Source: Azolla caroliniana
Lineage: Eukaryota; Plantae; Polypodiophyta
NCBI GenBank assembly: GCA_043228905.1
Contig: JBHGNT010000134.1
Coordinates: 6,186-70,185 of the forward strand
Direction of reading: 5' to 3'
Length of the DNA: 64,000 bases
Shown: in pieces, positions 27,801 through 41,776 of the stretch
Layout of the letters: every line of letters begins with the position of its first letter
Numbering within the stretch: position 1 is the first letter of the stretch
The notes under the pieces: model-generated
Databases searched by the model: none
Seen by the model: only the letters and a program-made list of their open reading frames with translations
What the model was told of the DNA's origin: nothing
Translations under genes and position numbers: made by a program

Positions 27801-30800
27801 AACAACGCTAGCTATGATATGGAGTTAAAAAATCAAGATTTGGAAACTCAGGTCGAGAGACATGACGAAATTACCAAATTTGAGGAGGGAGTTGAGAGGA
27901 GCCCTTTAGTAAATTAAAATGTTCATACCTGGCGAGTGTGATATCGGATTTTTGTGTTCCAACTTGCGAATCGAAGCTAACAACGCAGGCTATGATATGG
28001 AATTAAACATCGTAGATTTTGAAACTCAGGTCGAGAGACATGACGAAATTACCACATTTGAGGAGGGAGTTCAGAGGAGCTCTTGAGTAAATTAAAATGT
28101 TCATACCTGGCGAGTGTGATATCGGATTTTTGTGTTCAAACATGCGAATCGAAGCTAACAACGCTAGCTATGATATGGAATTAAAAAATCAAGATTTTGA
28201 AACTCAGGTCGAGAGACATGACGAAATTACCACATTTGAGGAGGGAGTTGAGAGGAGCTCTTGAGTAAATTAAAATGTTCATACCTGGCGAGTGTGATAT
28301 CGGATTTTTGTTTTCAAACTTGTGAATCGAAGCTAACAACGCAGGCTATGATATGGAATTAAAAAATCAAGATTTTGAAACTCAGGTCGAGAGACATGAC
28401 GAAATTACCACATTTGAGGAGGGAGTTGAGAGGAGCTCTTGAGTAAATTAAAATGTTCATACCTGGCGAGTGTGATATCGGATTTTTGTTTTCAAACTTG
28501 TGAATCGAAGCTAACAACGCAGGCTATGATATGGAATTAAAAAATCAAGATTTTGAAACTCAGGTCGAGAGACATGACGAAATTACCACATTTGAGGAGG
28601 GAGTTCAAAGGAGCCCTTGAGTAAAGGAAAATGTTCATACCTGGCGAGTGTGATATCGGATTTTTGTGTTCAAACATGCGAATCGAAGCTAACAACGCTA
28701 GCTATGATATGGAATTAAACATTCAAGATTTTGAAACTCAGGTCGAGAGACATGACGAAATTACGACATTTGAGGAGGGAGTTCAGAGGAGGTCTTGAGT
28801 AAATTAAAATGTTCATACCTGGCGAGTGTGATATCGGATTTTTGTGTTCAAACATGGAATCGAAGCTAACAACGCTAGCTATGATATGGAATTAAAAAAT
28901 CAAGATTTTGAAACTCAGGTCGAGAGACATGACGAAATTACCACATTTGAGGAGGGAGTTCAGAGGAGCTCTTGAGTAAATTAAAATGTTCATACCTGGC
29001 GAGTGTGATATCGGATTTTTGTGTTCAAACCTGCGAATCGAAGCTAACAACGTTAGCTATGATAAGGAATTAAACATTCAAGATTTTGAAACTCAAGTCG
29101 AGAGACATGACGAAATTACCAAATTTTAGGAGGGAGTTCAGAGGAGCTCTTGAGTAAATTAAAATGTTCATACCTAGCGAGTGTGATATCGGATTTTTGT
29201 GTTCAAACTTGCGAATCGAAGCTAACAACGCTAGCTATGATATGGAATTAAAAAATCAAGATTTTGAAACTAAGGTCGAGAGACATGACCAAATTACAAA
29301 ATTTAAGGAATGAGTTGAGAAGAGCTAGTAGGTAAATTAAAATGTTCATACCTGGCTCGTGTGATATCGGATTTTTGTGTTCAAACATGCGAATCGAAGC
29401 TAACAACACTAGCTATGATATGGAATTAAAAAATCAAGATTTTGAAACTCAGGTCGAGAGCCATGACGAAATTACCACATTTGAGGAGGGAGTTGAGAGG
29501 AGCACTTGAGTAAATTAAAATGTTCATACCTAGCGAGTGTGATATTGGATTTTTGTTTTCAAACCTCCGAATCGAAGCTAACAACGCAGGCTATGATATG
29601 GAATTAGAAAATCAAGATTTTGAAACTCAGATCGAGAGCCATGACGAAATTACCACATTTGAGGAGGGAGTTCAAAGGAGCCCTTGAGTAAATTAAAATG
29701 TTCATACCTGGCTCGTGTGATATCGGATTTTTGTGTTCAAACATGCGAATCGAAGCTAACAACGCTAGCTATGATATGGAATTAAAAAATCAAGATTTTG
29801 AAACTCAGGTCAAGAGACATGACGAAATTACCAAATTTCAGGAGGGAGTTGAGAGGAGCACTTGAGTAAATTAAAATGTTCATACCTAGCGAGTGTGATA
29901 TTGGATTTTTGTTTTCAAACCTCCGAATCGAAGCTAACAACGCAGGCTATGATATGGAATTAGAAAATCAAGATTTTGAAACTCAGGTCGAGAGACATGA
30001 CGAAATTACCACATTTGAGGAGGGAGTTCAGAGGAGCTCTTGAGTAAATTAAAATGTTCATACCTGGCGAGTGTGATATCGGATTTTTGTGTTCAAACTT
30101 GCGAATCGAAGCTAATAACGCTAGCTATGATATGGAATTAAAAAATCAAGATTTTGAAACTCAGGTCGAGAGACATGACGAAATTACCACATTTGAGGAG
30201 GGAGTTGAGAGGAGCTCTTGAGTAAATTAAAATGTTCATACCTGGCGAGTGTGATATCGGATTTTTGTTTTCAAACTTGTGAATCGAAGCTAACAACGCA
30301 GGCTATGATATGGAATTAAAAAATCAAGATTTTGAAACTCAGGTCGAGAGACATGACGAAATTACCACATTTGAGGAGGGAGTTCAAAGGAGCCCTTGAG
30401 TAAAGGAAAATGTTCATACCTGGCGAGTGTGATATCGGATTTTTGTGTTCAAACATGCGAATCGAAGCTAACAACGCTAGCTATGATATGGAATTAAACA
30501 TTGAAGATTTTGAAACTCAGGTCGAGAGACATGACGAAATTACCACATTTGAGGAGGGAGTTCAGAAGAGGTCTTGAGTAAATTAAAATGTTCATACCTG
30601 GCGAGTGTGATATCGGATTTTTGTGTTCAAACATGGAATCGAAGCTAACAACGCTAGCTATGATATGGAATGAAAAAATCAAGATTTTGAAACTCAGGTC
30701 GAGAGACATGACGAAATTACCACATTTGAGGAGGGAGTTCAGAGGAGCTCTTGAGTAAATTAAAATGTTCATACCTGGCGAGTGTGATATCGGATTTTTG

Positions 30801-33758
30801 TATTCAAACCTGCGAATCGAAGCTAACAACGTTAGCTATGATAAGGAATTAAACATTCAAGATTTTGAAACTCAAGTCGAGAGACATGACGAAATTACCA
30901 AATTTTAGGAGGGAGTTCAGAGGAGCTCTTGAGTAAATTAAAATGTTCATACCTAGCGAGTGTGATATCGGATTTTTGTGTTCAAACTTGCGAATCGAAG
31001 CTAACAACGCTAGCTATGATATGGAATTAAAAAATCAAGATTTTGAAACTAAGGTCGAGAGACATGACCAAATTACAAAATTTAAGGAATGAGTTGAGAA
31101 GAGCTAGTAGGTAAATTAAAATGTTCATACCTAGCTCGTGTGATATCGGATTTTTGTGTTCAAACATGCGAATCGAAGCTAACAACGCTAGCTATGATAT
31201 GGAGTTAAAAAATCAAGATTTGGAAACTCAGGTCGAGAGACATGACGAAATTACCAAATTTGAGGAGGGAGTTGAGAGGAGCCCTTTAGTAAATTAAAAT
31301 GTTCATACCTGGCGAGTGTGATATCGGATTTTTGTGTTCCAACTTGCGAATCGAAGCTAACAACGCAGGCTATGATATGGAATTAAACATCCTAGATTTT
31401 GAAACTCAGGTCGAGAGACATGACGAAATTACCACATTTGAGGAGGGAGTTCAGAGGAGCTCTTGAGTAAATTAAAATGTTCATACCTGGCGAGTGTGAT
31501 ATCGGATTTTTGTGTTCAAACATGCGAATCGAAGCTAACAACGCTAGCTATGATATGGAATTAAAAATCAAGATTTTGAAACTCAGGTCGAGAGACATGA
31601 CGAAATTACCACATTTGAGGAGGGAGTTGAGAGGAGCTCTTGAGTAAATTAAAATGTTCATACCTGGCGAGTGTGATATCGGATTTTTGTTTTCAAACTT
31701 GTGAATCGAAGCTAACAACGCAGGCTATGATATGGAATTAAAAAATCAAGATTTTGAAACTCAGGTCGAGAGACATGACGAAATTACCACATTTGAGGAG
31801 GGAGTTCAAAGGAGCCCTTGAGTAAAGGAAAATGTTCATACCTGGCGAGTGTGATATCGGATTTTTGTGTTCAAACTTGCGAATCGAAGCTAACAACGCT
31901 AGCTATGATATGGAATTAAAAAATCAAGATTTTGAAACTCAGGTCGAGAGACATGACGAAATTACCACATTTGAGGAGGGAGTTCAGAGGAGCTCTTGAG
32001 TAAATTAAAATGTTCATACCTGGCGAGTGTGATATCGGATTTTTGTGTTCAAACCTGCGAATCGAAGCTAACAACGTTAGCTATGATAAGAAATTAAACA
32101 TTCAAGATTTTGAAACTCAAGTCGAGAGACATGACGAAATTACCAAATTATAGGAGGGAGTTCAGAGGAGCTCTTGAGTAAACTAAAATGTTCATACCTA
32201 GCGAGTGTGATATCGGATTTTTGTGTTCAAACTTGCGAATCGAAGCTAACAACGCTAGCTATGATATGGAATTAAAAAATCAAGATTTTGAAACTAAGGT
32301 CGAGAGACATGACCAAATTACCAAATTTAAGGAATGAGTTGAGAAGAGCTAGTAGGTAAATTAAACTGTTCATACCTGGCTCGTGTGATATCGGATTTTT
32401 GTGTTCAAACATGCGAATCGAAGCTAACAACGCTAGCTATGATATGGAGTTAAAAAATCAAGATTTGGAAACTCAGGTCGAGAGACATGACGAAATTACC
32501 AAATTTGAGGAGGGAGTTGAGAGGAGCCCTTTAGTAAATTAAAATGTTCATACCTGGCGAGTGTGATATCGGATTTTTGTGTTCCAACTTGCGAATCGAA
32601 GCTAACAACGCAGGCTATGATATGGAATTAAACATCCTAGATTTTGAAACTCAGGTCGAGAGACATGACGAAATTACCACATTTGAGGAGGGAGTTCAGA
32701 GGAGCTCTTGAGTAAATTAAAATGTTCATACCTGGCTCGTGTGATATCGGATTTTTGTGTTCAAACTTGCGAATCGAAGCTAACAACGCTAGCTATGATA
32801 TGGAATTAAAAAATCAAGATTTTGAAACTAAGGTCGAGAGACATGACCAAATTACCAAATTTAAGGAATGAGTTGAGAAGAGCTAGTAGGTAAATTAAAA
32901 TGTTCATACCTGGCTCGTGTGATATCGGATTTTTGTGTTCAAACATGCGAATCGAAGCTAACAACGCTAGCTATGATATGGAGTTAAAAAATCAAGATTT
33001 GGAAACTCAGGTCGAGAGACATGACGAAATTACCAAATTTGAGGAGGGAGTTGAGAGGAGCCCTTTAGTAAATTAAAATGTTCATACCTGGCGAGTGTGA
33101 TATCGGATTTTTGTGTTCAAACATGCGAATCGAAGCTAACAACGCTAGCTATGATATGGAATTAAAAAATCAAGATTTTGAAACTCAGGTCGAGAGACAT
33201 GACGAAATTACCACATTTGAGGAGGGAGTTGAGAGGAGCTCTTGAGTAAATTAAAATGTTCATACCTGGCGAGTGTGATATCGGATTTTTGTGTTCAAAC
33301 TTGCGAATCGAAGCTAACAACGCTAGCTATGATATGGAATTAAAAAATCAAGATTTTGAAACTAAGGTCGAGAGACATGGCGAAATTACCAAATTTAAGG
33401 AATGAGTTGAGAAGAGCTAGTAGGTAAATTAAAATGTTCATACCTGGCTCGTGTGATATCGGATTTTTGTGTTCAAACATGCGAATCGAAGCTAACAACG
33501 CTAGCTATGATATGGAGTTAAAAAATCAAGATTTGGAAACTCAGGTCGAGAGACATGACGAAATTACCAAATTTGAGGAGGGAGTTGAGAGGAGCCCTTT
33601 AGTAAATTAAAATGTTCATACCTGGCGAGTGTGATATCGGATTTTTGTGTTCAAACATGTGAATCGAAGCTAACAACGCTAGCTATGATATGGAATTAAA
33701 AAATCAAGATTTTGAAACTCAGGTCGAGAGACATGACGAAATTACCACATTTGAGGAG
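12873..33758 (+). repeat. Tandem duplication of a 46-monomer (8185-bp) block, later expanded internally
   Basis: The rare variant tgaggttggaag is at 12941 and 25396 (offset 12455 = 8185+4270). Marker ORFs at 22131 and 30494 have offset 8363 = 8185+178. The match ends at 25396(t) versus 33759(g). Confidence 0.85.
16726..25296 (+). repeat. Near-perfect tandem duplication of 24 monomers (4270-bp unit x2)
   Basis: 16741 matches 21011, and the identical ORF-marker blocks at 17861 and 22131 have the same offset. The variant ggaaataaaaatc (5 A) is shared near 18925 and 23195. One difference was noticed (atgat 18561 vs atcat 22831). Confidence 0.9.
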
Positions 33759-34847
33759 GGAGTTCAGAGGAGCTCTTGAGTAAATTAAAATGTTCATACC
33801 TGGCGAGTGTGATATCGGATTTTTGTGTTCAAACATGCGAATCGAAGCTAACAACGTTAGCTATGATAAGGAATTAAACATTCAAGATTTTGAAACTCAA
33901 GTCGAGAGTCATGACGAAATTACCACATTTGAGGAGGGAGTTTCAGAGGAGCTCTTGAGTAAATTAAAATGTTCATACCTGGCGAGTGTGATATCGGATT
34001 TTTGTGTTCAAACTTGCGAATCGAAGCTAACAACGCTAGCTATGATATGGAATTAAAAAATCAAGATTTTGAAACTAAGGTCGAGAGACATGACCAAATT
34101 ACCAAATTTAAGGAATGAGTTGAGAAGAGCTAGTAGGTAAATTAAAATGTTCATACCTGGCTCGTGTGATATCGGATTTTTGTGTTCAAACATGCGAATC
34201 GAAGCTAACAACGCTAGCTATGATATGGAGTTAAAAAATCAAGATTTGGAAACTCAGGTCGAGAGACATGACGAAATTACCAAATTTGAGGAGGGAGTTG
34301 AGAGGAGCCCTTTAGTAAATTAAAATGTTCATACCTGGCGAGTGTGATATCGGATTTTTGTGTTCCAACTTGCGAATCGAAGCTAACAACGCAGGCTATG
34401 ATATGGAATTAAACATCCTAGATTTTGAAACTCAGGTCGAGAGACATGACGAAATTACCACATTTGAGGAGGGAGTTCAGAGGAGCTCTTGAGTAAATTA
34501 AAATGTTCATACCTGGCGAGTGTGATATCGGATTTTTGTGTTCAAACATGCGAATCGAAGCTAACAACGCTAGCTATGATATGGAATTAAAAAATCAAGA
34601 TTTTGAAACTTAGGTCGAGAGACATGACGAAATTACCAAATTTAAGGAATGAGTTGAGAAGAGCTCTTGAGTAAATTAAAATGTTCATACCTGGCTCGTG
34701 TGATATCGGATTTTTGTGTTCAAACATGCGAATCGAAGCTAACAACGCAGGCTATGATATGGAGTTAAAAAATCAAGATTTTGAAACTCAGGTCGAGAGA
34801 CATGACGAAATTACCAAATTTGAGGAGGGAGTTGAGAGGAGCCCTTT

Positions 34848-37800
34848 AGTAAATTAAAATGTTCATACCTGGCGAGTGTGATATCGGATTTTTGTGTTCC
34901 AACTTGCGAATCGAAGCTAATAACGCTAGCTATGATATGGAATTAAAAAATCAAGATTTTAAAACTCAGGTCGAAAGACATGACGAAATTACCACATTTG
35001 AGGAGGGAGTTGAGAGGAGCTCTTGAGTAAATTAAAATGTTCATACCTGGCGAGTGTGATATCGGATTTCTGTTTTCAAACTTGCGAATCGAAGCTAACA
35101 ACGCTAGCTATGATATGGAATTAAAAAATCAAGATTTTGAAACTCAAGTCGAGAGACATGAAGAAATTACCACATTTGAGGAGGGAGTTCAAAGGAGCCC
35201 TTGAGTAAATTAAAATGTTCATACCTGGCGAGTGTGATATCGGATTTTTGTGTTCAAACTTGCGAATCGAAGCTAACAACGCTAGCTATGATATGGAATT
35301 AAAAAATCAAGATTTTAAAACTCAGGTCGAGAGACATGACGAAATTACAAAATTTGAGGAATGAGTTGAGAAGAGCTAGTAGGTAAATTAAAATGTTCAT
35401 ACCTGGCTCGTGTGATATCGGATTTTTGTGTTCAAACTTGTGAATCGAAGCTAACAACGCTAGCTATGATATGGAATTTAAAAAATCAAGATTTTGAAAC
35501 TCAGGTCGAGAGACATGACCAAATTACCAAATTTAAGGAATGAGTTGAGAAGAGCTAGTAGGTAAATTAAAATGTTCATACCTGGCTCCTGTGATATCGG
35601 ATTTTTGTGTTCAAACATGCGAATCGAAGCTAACAACGCTAGCTATGATATGGAGTTAAAAAATCAAGATTTTAAAACTCAGGTCGAAAGACATGACGAA
35701 ATTACCAAATTTGAGGAATGAGTTGAGAAGAGCTAGTAGGTAAATTAAAATGTTCATACCTGGCTCGTGTGATATCGGATTTTTGTGTTCAAACTTGTGA
35801 ATCGAAGCTAACAACGCTAGCTATGATATGGAATTAAAAAATCAAGATTTTGAAACTCAGGTCGAGAGCCATGACGAAATTACCACATTTGAGGAGGGAG
35901 TTGAGAGGAGCACTTGAGTAAATTAAAATGTTCATACCTAGCGAGTGTGATATTGGATTTTTGTTTTCAAACCTCCGAATCGAAGCTAACAACGCAGGCT
36001 ATGATATGGAATTAGAAAATCAAGATTTTGAAACTCAGGTCGAGAGCCATGACGAAATTACCACATTTGAGGAGGGAGTTCAAAGGAGCCCTTGAGTAAA
36101 TTAAAATGTTCATACCTGGCTCGTGTGATATCGGATTTTTGTGTTCAAACATGCGAATCGAAGCTAACAACGCTAGCTATGATATGGAATTAAAAAATCA
36201 AGATTTTGAAACTCAGGTCAAGAGACATGACGAAATTACCAAATTTCAGGAGGGAGTTGAGAGGAGCACTTGAGTAAATTAAAATGTTCATACCTAGCGA
36301 GTGTGATATTGGATTTTTGTTTTCAAACCTCCGAATCGAAGCTAACAACGCAGGCTATGATATGGAATTAGAAAATCAAGATTTTGAAACTCAGGTCGAG
36401 AGACATGACGAAATTACCACATTTGAGGAGGGAGTTCAAAGGAGCCCTTGAGCAAATTTCAGGAGGGAGTTGAGAGGAGCACTTGAGTAAATTAAAATGT
36501 TCATACCTGGCGAGTGTGATATCGGATTTTTGTGTTCAAACATGCGAATCGAAGCTAACAACGCTAGCTATGATATGGAATTAAACATTCAAGATTTTGA
36601 AACTCAGGTCGAGAGACATGACGAAATTACCACATTTGAGGAGGGAGTTCAGAGGAGGTCTTGAGTAAATTAAAATGTTCATACCTGGCGAGTGTGATAT
36701 CGGATTTTTGTGTTCAAACATGGAATCGAAGCTAACAACGCTAGCTATGATATGGAATTAAAAAATCAAGATTTTGAAACTCAGGTCGAGAGACATGACG
36801 AAATTACCACATTTGAGGAGGGAGTTCAGAGGAGCTCTTGAGTAAATTAAAATGTTCATACCTGGCGAGTGTGATATCGGATTTTTGTGTTCCAACTTGC
36901 GAATCGAAGCTAATAACGCTAGCTATGATATGGAATTAAAAAATCAAGATTTTAAAACTCAGGTCGAAAGACATGACGAAATTACCACATTTGAGGAGGG
37001 AGTTGAGAGGAGCTCTTGAGTAAATTAAAATGTTCATACCTGGCGAGTGTGATATCGGATTTCTGTTTTCAAACTTGCGAATCGAAGCTAACAACGCTAG
37101 CTATGATATGGAATTAAAAAATCAAGATTTTGAAACTCAAGTCGAGAGACATGAAGAAATTACCACATTTGAGGAGGGAGTTCAAAGGAGCCCTTGAGTA
37201 AATTAAAATGTTCATACCTGGCGAGTGTGATATCGGATTTTTGTGTTCAAACTTGCGAATCGAAGCTAACAACGCTAGCTATGATATGGAATTAAAAAAT
37301 CAAGATTTTAAAACTCAGGTCGAGAGACATGACGAAATTACAAAATTTGAGGAATGAGTTGAGAAGAGCTAGTAGGTAAATTAAAATGTTCATACCTGGC
37401 TCGTGTGATATCGGATTTTTGTGTTCAAACTTGTGAATCGAAGCTAACAACGCTAGCTATGATATGGAATTTAAAAAATCAAGATTTTGAAACTCAGGTC
37501 GAGAGACATGACCAAATTACCAAATTTAAGGAATGAGTTGAGAAGAGCTAGTAGGTAAATTAAAATGTTCATACCTGGCTCGTGTGATATCGGATTTTTG
37601 TGTTCAAACATGCGAATCGAAGCTAACAACGCTAGCTATGATATGGAATTAAAAAATCAAGATTTTAAAACTCAGGTCGAAAGACATGACGAAATTACCA
37701 AATTTGAGGAATGAGTTGAGAAGAGCTAGTAGGTAAATTAAAATGTTCATACCTGGCTCGTGTGATATCGGATTTTTGTGTTCAAACTTGTGAATCGAAG

Positions 37801-38906
37801 CTAACAACGCTAGCTATGATATGGAATTAAAAAATCAAGATTTTGAAACTCAGGTCGAGAGCCATGACGAAATTACCACATTTGAGGAGGGAGTTGAGAG
37901 GAGCACTTGAGTAAATTAAAATGTTCATACCTAGCGAGTGTGATATTGGATTTTTGTTTTCAAACCTCCGAATCGAAGCTAACAACGCAGGCTATGATAT
38001 GGAATTAGAAAATCAAGATTTTGAAACTCAGGTCGAGAGCCATGACGAAATTACCACATTTGAGGAGGGAGTTCAAAGGAGCCCTTGAGTAAATTAAAAT
38101 GTTCATACCTGGCTCGTGTGATATCGGATTTTTGTGTTCAAACATGCGAATCGAAGCTAACAACGCTAGCTATGATATGGAATTAAAAAATCAAGATTTT
38201 GAAACTCAGGTCAAGAGACATGACGAAATTACCAAATTTCAGGAGGGAGTTGAGAGGAGCACTTGAGTAAATTAAAATGTTCATACCTAGCGAGTGTGAT
38301 ATTGGATTTTTGTTTTCAAACCTCCGAATCGAAGCTAACAACGCTAGCTATGATATGGAATTAGAAAATCAAGATTTTGAAACTCAGGTCGAGAGACATG
38401 ACGAAATTACCACATTTGAGGAGGGAGTTCAAAGGAGCCCTTGAGCAAATTTCAGGAGGGAGTTGAGAGGAGCACTTGAGTAAATTAAAATGTTCATACC
38501 TGGCGAGTGTGATATCGGATTTTTGTGTTCAAACATGCGAATCGAAGCTAACAACGCTAGCTATGATATGGAATTAAACATTCAAGATTTTGAAACTCAG
38601 GTCGAGAGACATGACGAAATTACCACATTTGAGGAGGGAGTTCAGAGGAGGTCTTGAGTAAATTAAAATGTTCATACCTGGCGAGTGTGATATCGGATTT
38701 TTGTGTTCAAACATGGAATCGAAGCTAACAACGCTAGCTATGATATGGAATTAAAAAATCAAGATTTTGAAACTCAGGTCGAGAGACATGACGAAATTAC
38801 CACATTTGAGGAGGGAGTTCAGAGGAGCTCTTGAGTAAATTAAAATGTTCATACCTGGCGAGTGTGATATCGGATTTTTGTGTTCCAACTTGCGAATCGA
38901 AGCTAA
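34848..38906 (+). repeat. Tandem duplication, 1993-bp unit (11 monomers + 35 bp) x2
   Basis: 34861 matches 36854, and the 35-bp extra segment is at 36453 and 38446 (offset 1993). Confidence 0.9.
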
Positions 38907-41776
38907 CAACGCAGGCTATGATATGGAATTAAACATCCTAGATTTTGAAACTCAGGTCGAGAGACATGACGAAATTACCACATTTGAGGAGGGAGTTCAG
39001 AGGAGCTCTTGAGTAAATTAAAATGTTCATACCTGGCGAGTGTGATATCGGATTTTTGTGTTCAAACATGCGAATCGAAGCTAACAACGCTAGCTATGAT
39101 ATGGAATTAAAAAATCAAGATTTTGAAACTTAGGTCGAGAGACATGACGAAATTACCAAATTTAAGGAATGAGTTGAGAAGAGCTCTTGAGTAAATTAAA
39201 ATGTTCATACCTGGCTCGTGTGATATCGGATTTTTGTGTTCAAACATGCAAATCGAAGCTAACAACGCAGGCTATGATATGGAGTTAAAAAATCAAGATT
39301 TTGAAACTCAGGTCGAGAGACATGACGAAATTACCAAATTTGAGGAGGGAGTTGAGAGGAGCCCTTTAGTAAATTAAAATGTTCATACCTGGCGAGTGTG
39401 ATATCGGATTTTTGTGTTCCAACTTGCGAATCGAAGCTAACAACGCAGGCTATGATATGGAATTAAACATCCTAGATTTTGAAACTCAGGTCGAGAGACA
39501 TGACGAAATTACCACATTTGAGGAGGGAGTTCAAAGGAGCTCTTGAGTAAATTAAAATGTTCATACCTGGCGAGTGTGATATCGGATTTTTGTGTTCAAA
39601 CATGCGAATCGAAGCTAACAACGCTAGCTATGATATGGGATTAAAAAATCAAGATTTTGAAACTCAGGTCGAGAGACATGACGAAATTACCACATTTGAG
39701 GAGGGAGTTGAGAGGAGCTCTTGAGTAAATTAAAATGTTCATACCTGGCGAGTGTGATATCGGATTTCTGTTTTCAAACTTGCGAATCGAAGCTAACAAC
39801 GCTAGCTATGATATGGAATTAAAAAATCAAGATTTTGAAACTCAAGTCGAGAGACATGAAGAAATTACCACATTTGAGGAGGGAGTTCAAAGGAGCCCTT
39901 GAGTAAATTAAAATGTTCATACCTGGCGAGTGTGATATCGGATTTTTGTGTTCAAACTTGCGAATCGAAGCTAACAACGCTAGCTATGATATGGAATTAA
40001 AAAATCAAGATTTTAAAACTCAGGTCGAGAGACATGACGAAATTACAAAATTTGAGGAATGAGTTGAGAAGAGCTAGTAGGTAAATTAAAATGTTCATAC
40101 CTGGCTCGTGTGATATCGGATTTTTGTGTTCAAACTTGTGAATCGAAGCTAACAACGCTAGCTATGATATGGAATTTAAAAAATCAAGATTTTGAAACTC
40201 AGGTCGAGAGACATGACCAAATTACCAAATTTAAGGAATGAGTTGAGAAGAGCTAGTAGGTAAATTAAAATGTTCATACCTGGCTCCTGTGATATCGGAT
40301 TTTTGTGTTCAAACATGCGAATCGAAGCTAACAACGCTAGCTATGATATGGAATTAAAAAATCAAGATTTTGAAACTCAGGTCGAGAGACATGACGAAAT
40401 TACCACATTTGAGGAGGGAGTTCAAAGGAGCCCTTGAGTAAATTAAAATGTTCATACCTGGCTCGTGTGATATCGGATTTTTGTGTTCAAACATGCGAAT
40501 CGAAGCTAACAACGCTAGCTATGATATGGAATTAAAAAATCAAGATTTTGAAACTCAGGTCAAGAGACATGACGAAATTACCAAATTTCAGGAGGGAGTT
40601 GAGAGGAGCACTTGAGTAAATTAAAATGTTCATAACTAGCGAGTGTGATATTGGATTTTTGTTTTCAAACCTCCGAATCGAAGCTAACAACGCAGGCTAT
40701 GATATGGAATTAGAAAATCAAGATTTTGAAACTCAGGTCGAGAGACATGACGAAATTACCACATTTGAGGAGGGAGTTCAAAGGAGCCCTTGAGTAAATT
40801 AAAATGTTCATACCTGGCGAGTGTGATATCGGATTTTTGTGTTCAAACTTGCGAATCGAAGCTAATAACGCTAGCTATGATATGGAATTAAAAAATCAAG
40901 ATTTTAAAACTCAGGTCGAAAGACATGACGAAATTACCACATTTGAGGAGGGAGTTGAGAGGAGCTCTTGAGTAAATTAAAATGTTCATACCTGGCGAGT
41001 GTGATATCGGATTTTTGTTTTCAAACTTGTGAATCGAAGCTAACAACGCAGGCTATGATATGGAATTAAAAAATCAAGATTTTGAAACTCAGGTCGAGAG
41101 ACATGACGAAATTACCACATTTGAGGAGGGAGTTCAGAGGAGGTCTTGAGTAAATTAAAATGTTCATACCTGGCGAGTGTGATATCGGATTTTTGTGTTC
41201 AAACATGGAATCGAAGCTAACAACGCTAGCTATGATATGGAATTAAAAAATCAAGATTTTGAAACTCAGGTCGAGAGACATGACGAAATTACCACATTTG
41301 AGGAGGGAGTTCAGAGGAGCTCTTGAGTAAATTAAAATGTTCATACCTGGCGAGTGTGATATCGGATTTTTGTGTTCAAACATGCGAATCGAAGCTAACA
41401 ACGTTAGCTATGATAAGGAATTAAACATTCAAGATTTTGAAACTCAAGTCGAGAGTCATGACGAAATTACCAAATTTCAGGAGGGAGTTCAGAGGAGCTC
41501 TTGAGTAAATTAAAATGTTCATACCTAGCGAGTGTGATATCGGATTTTTGTGTTCAAACTTGCGAATCGAAGCTAACAACGCTAGCTATGATATGGAATT
41601 AAAAAATCAAGATTTTGAAACTTAGGTCGAGAGACATGACGAAATTACCAAATTTAAGGAATGAGTTGAGAAGAGCTAGTCGGTAAATTAAAATGTTCAT
41701 ACCTGGCTCGTGTGATATCGGATTTTTGTGTTCAAACATGCGAATCGAAGCTAACAACGCTAGCTATGATATGGAG

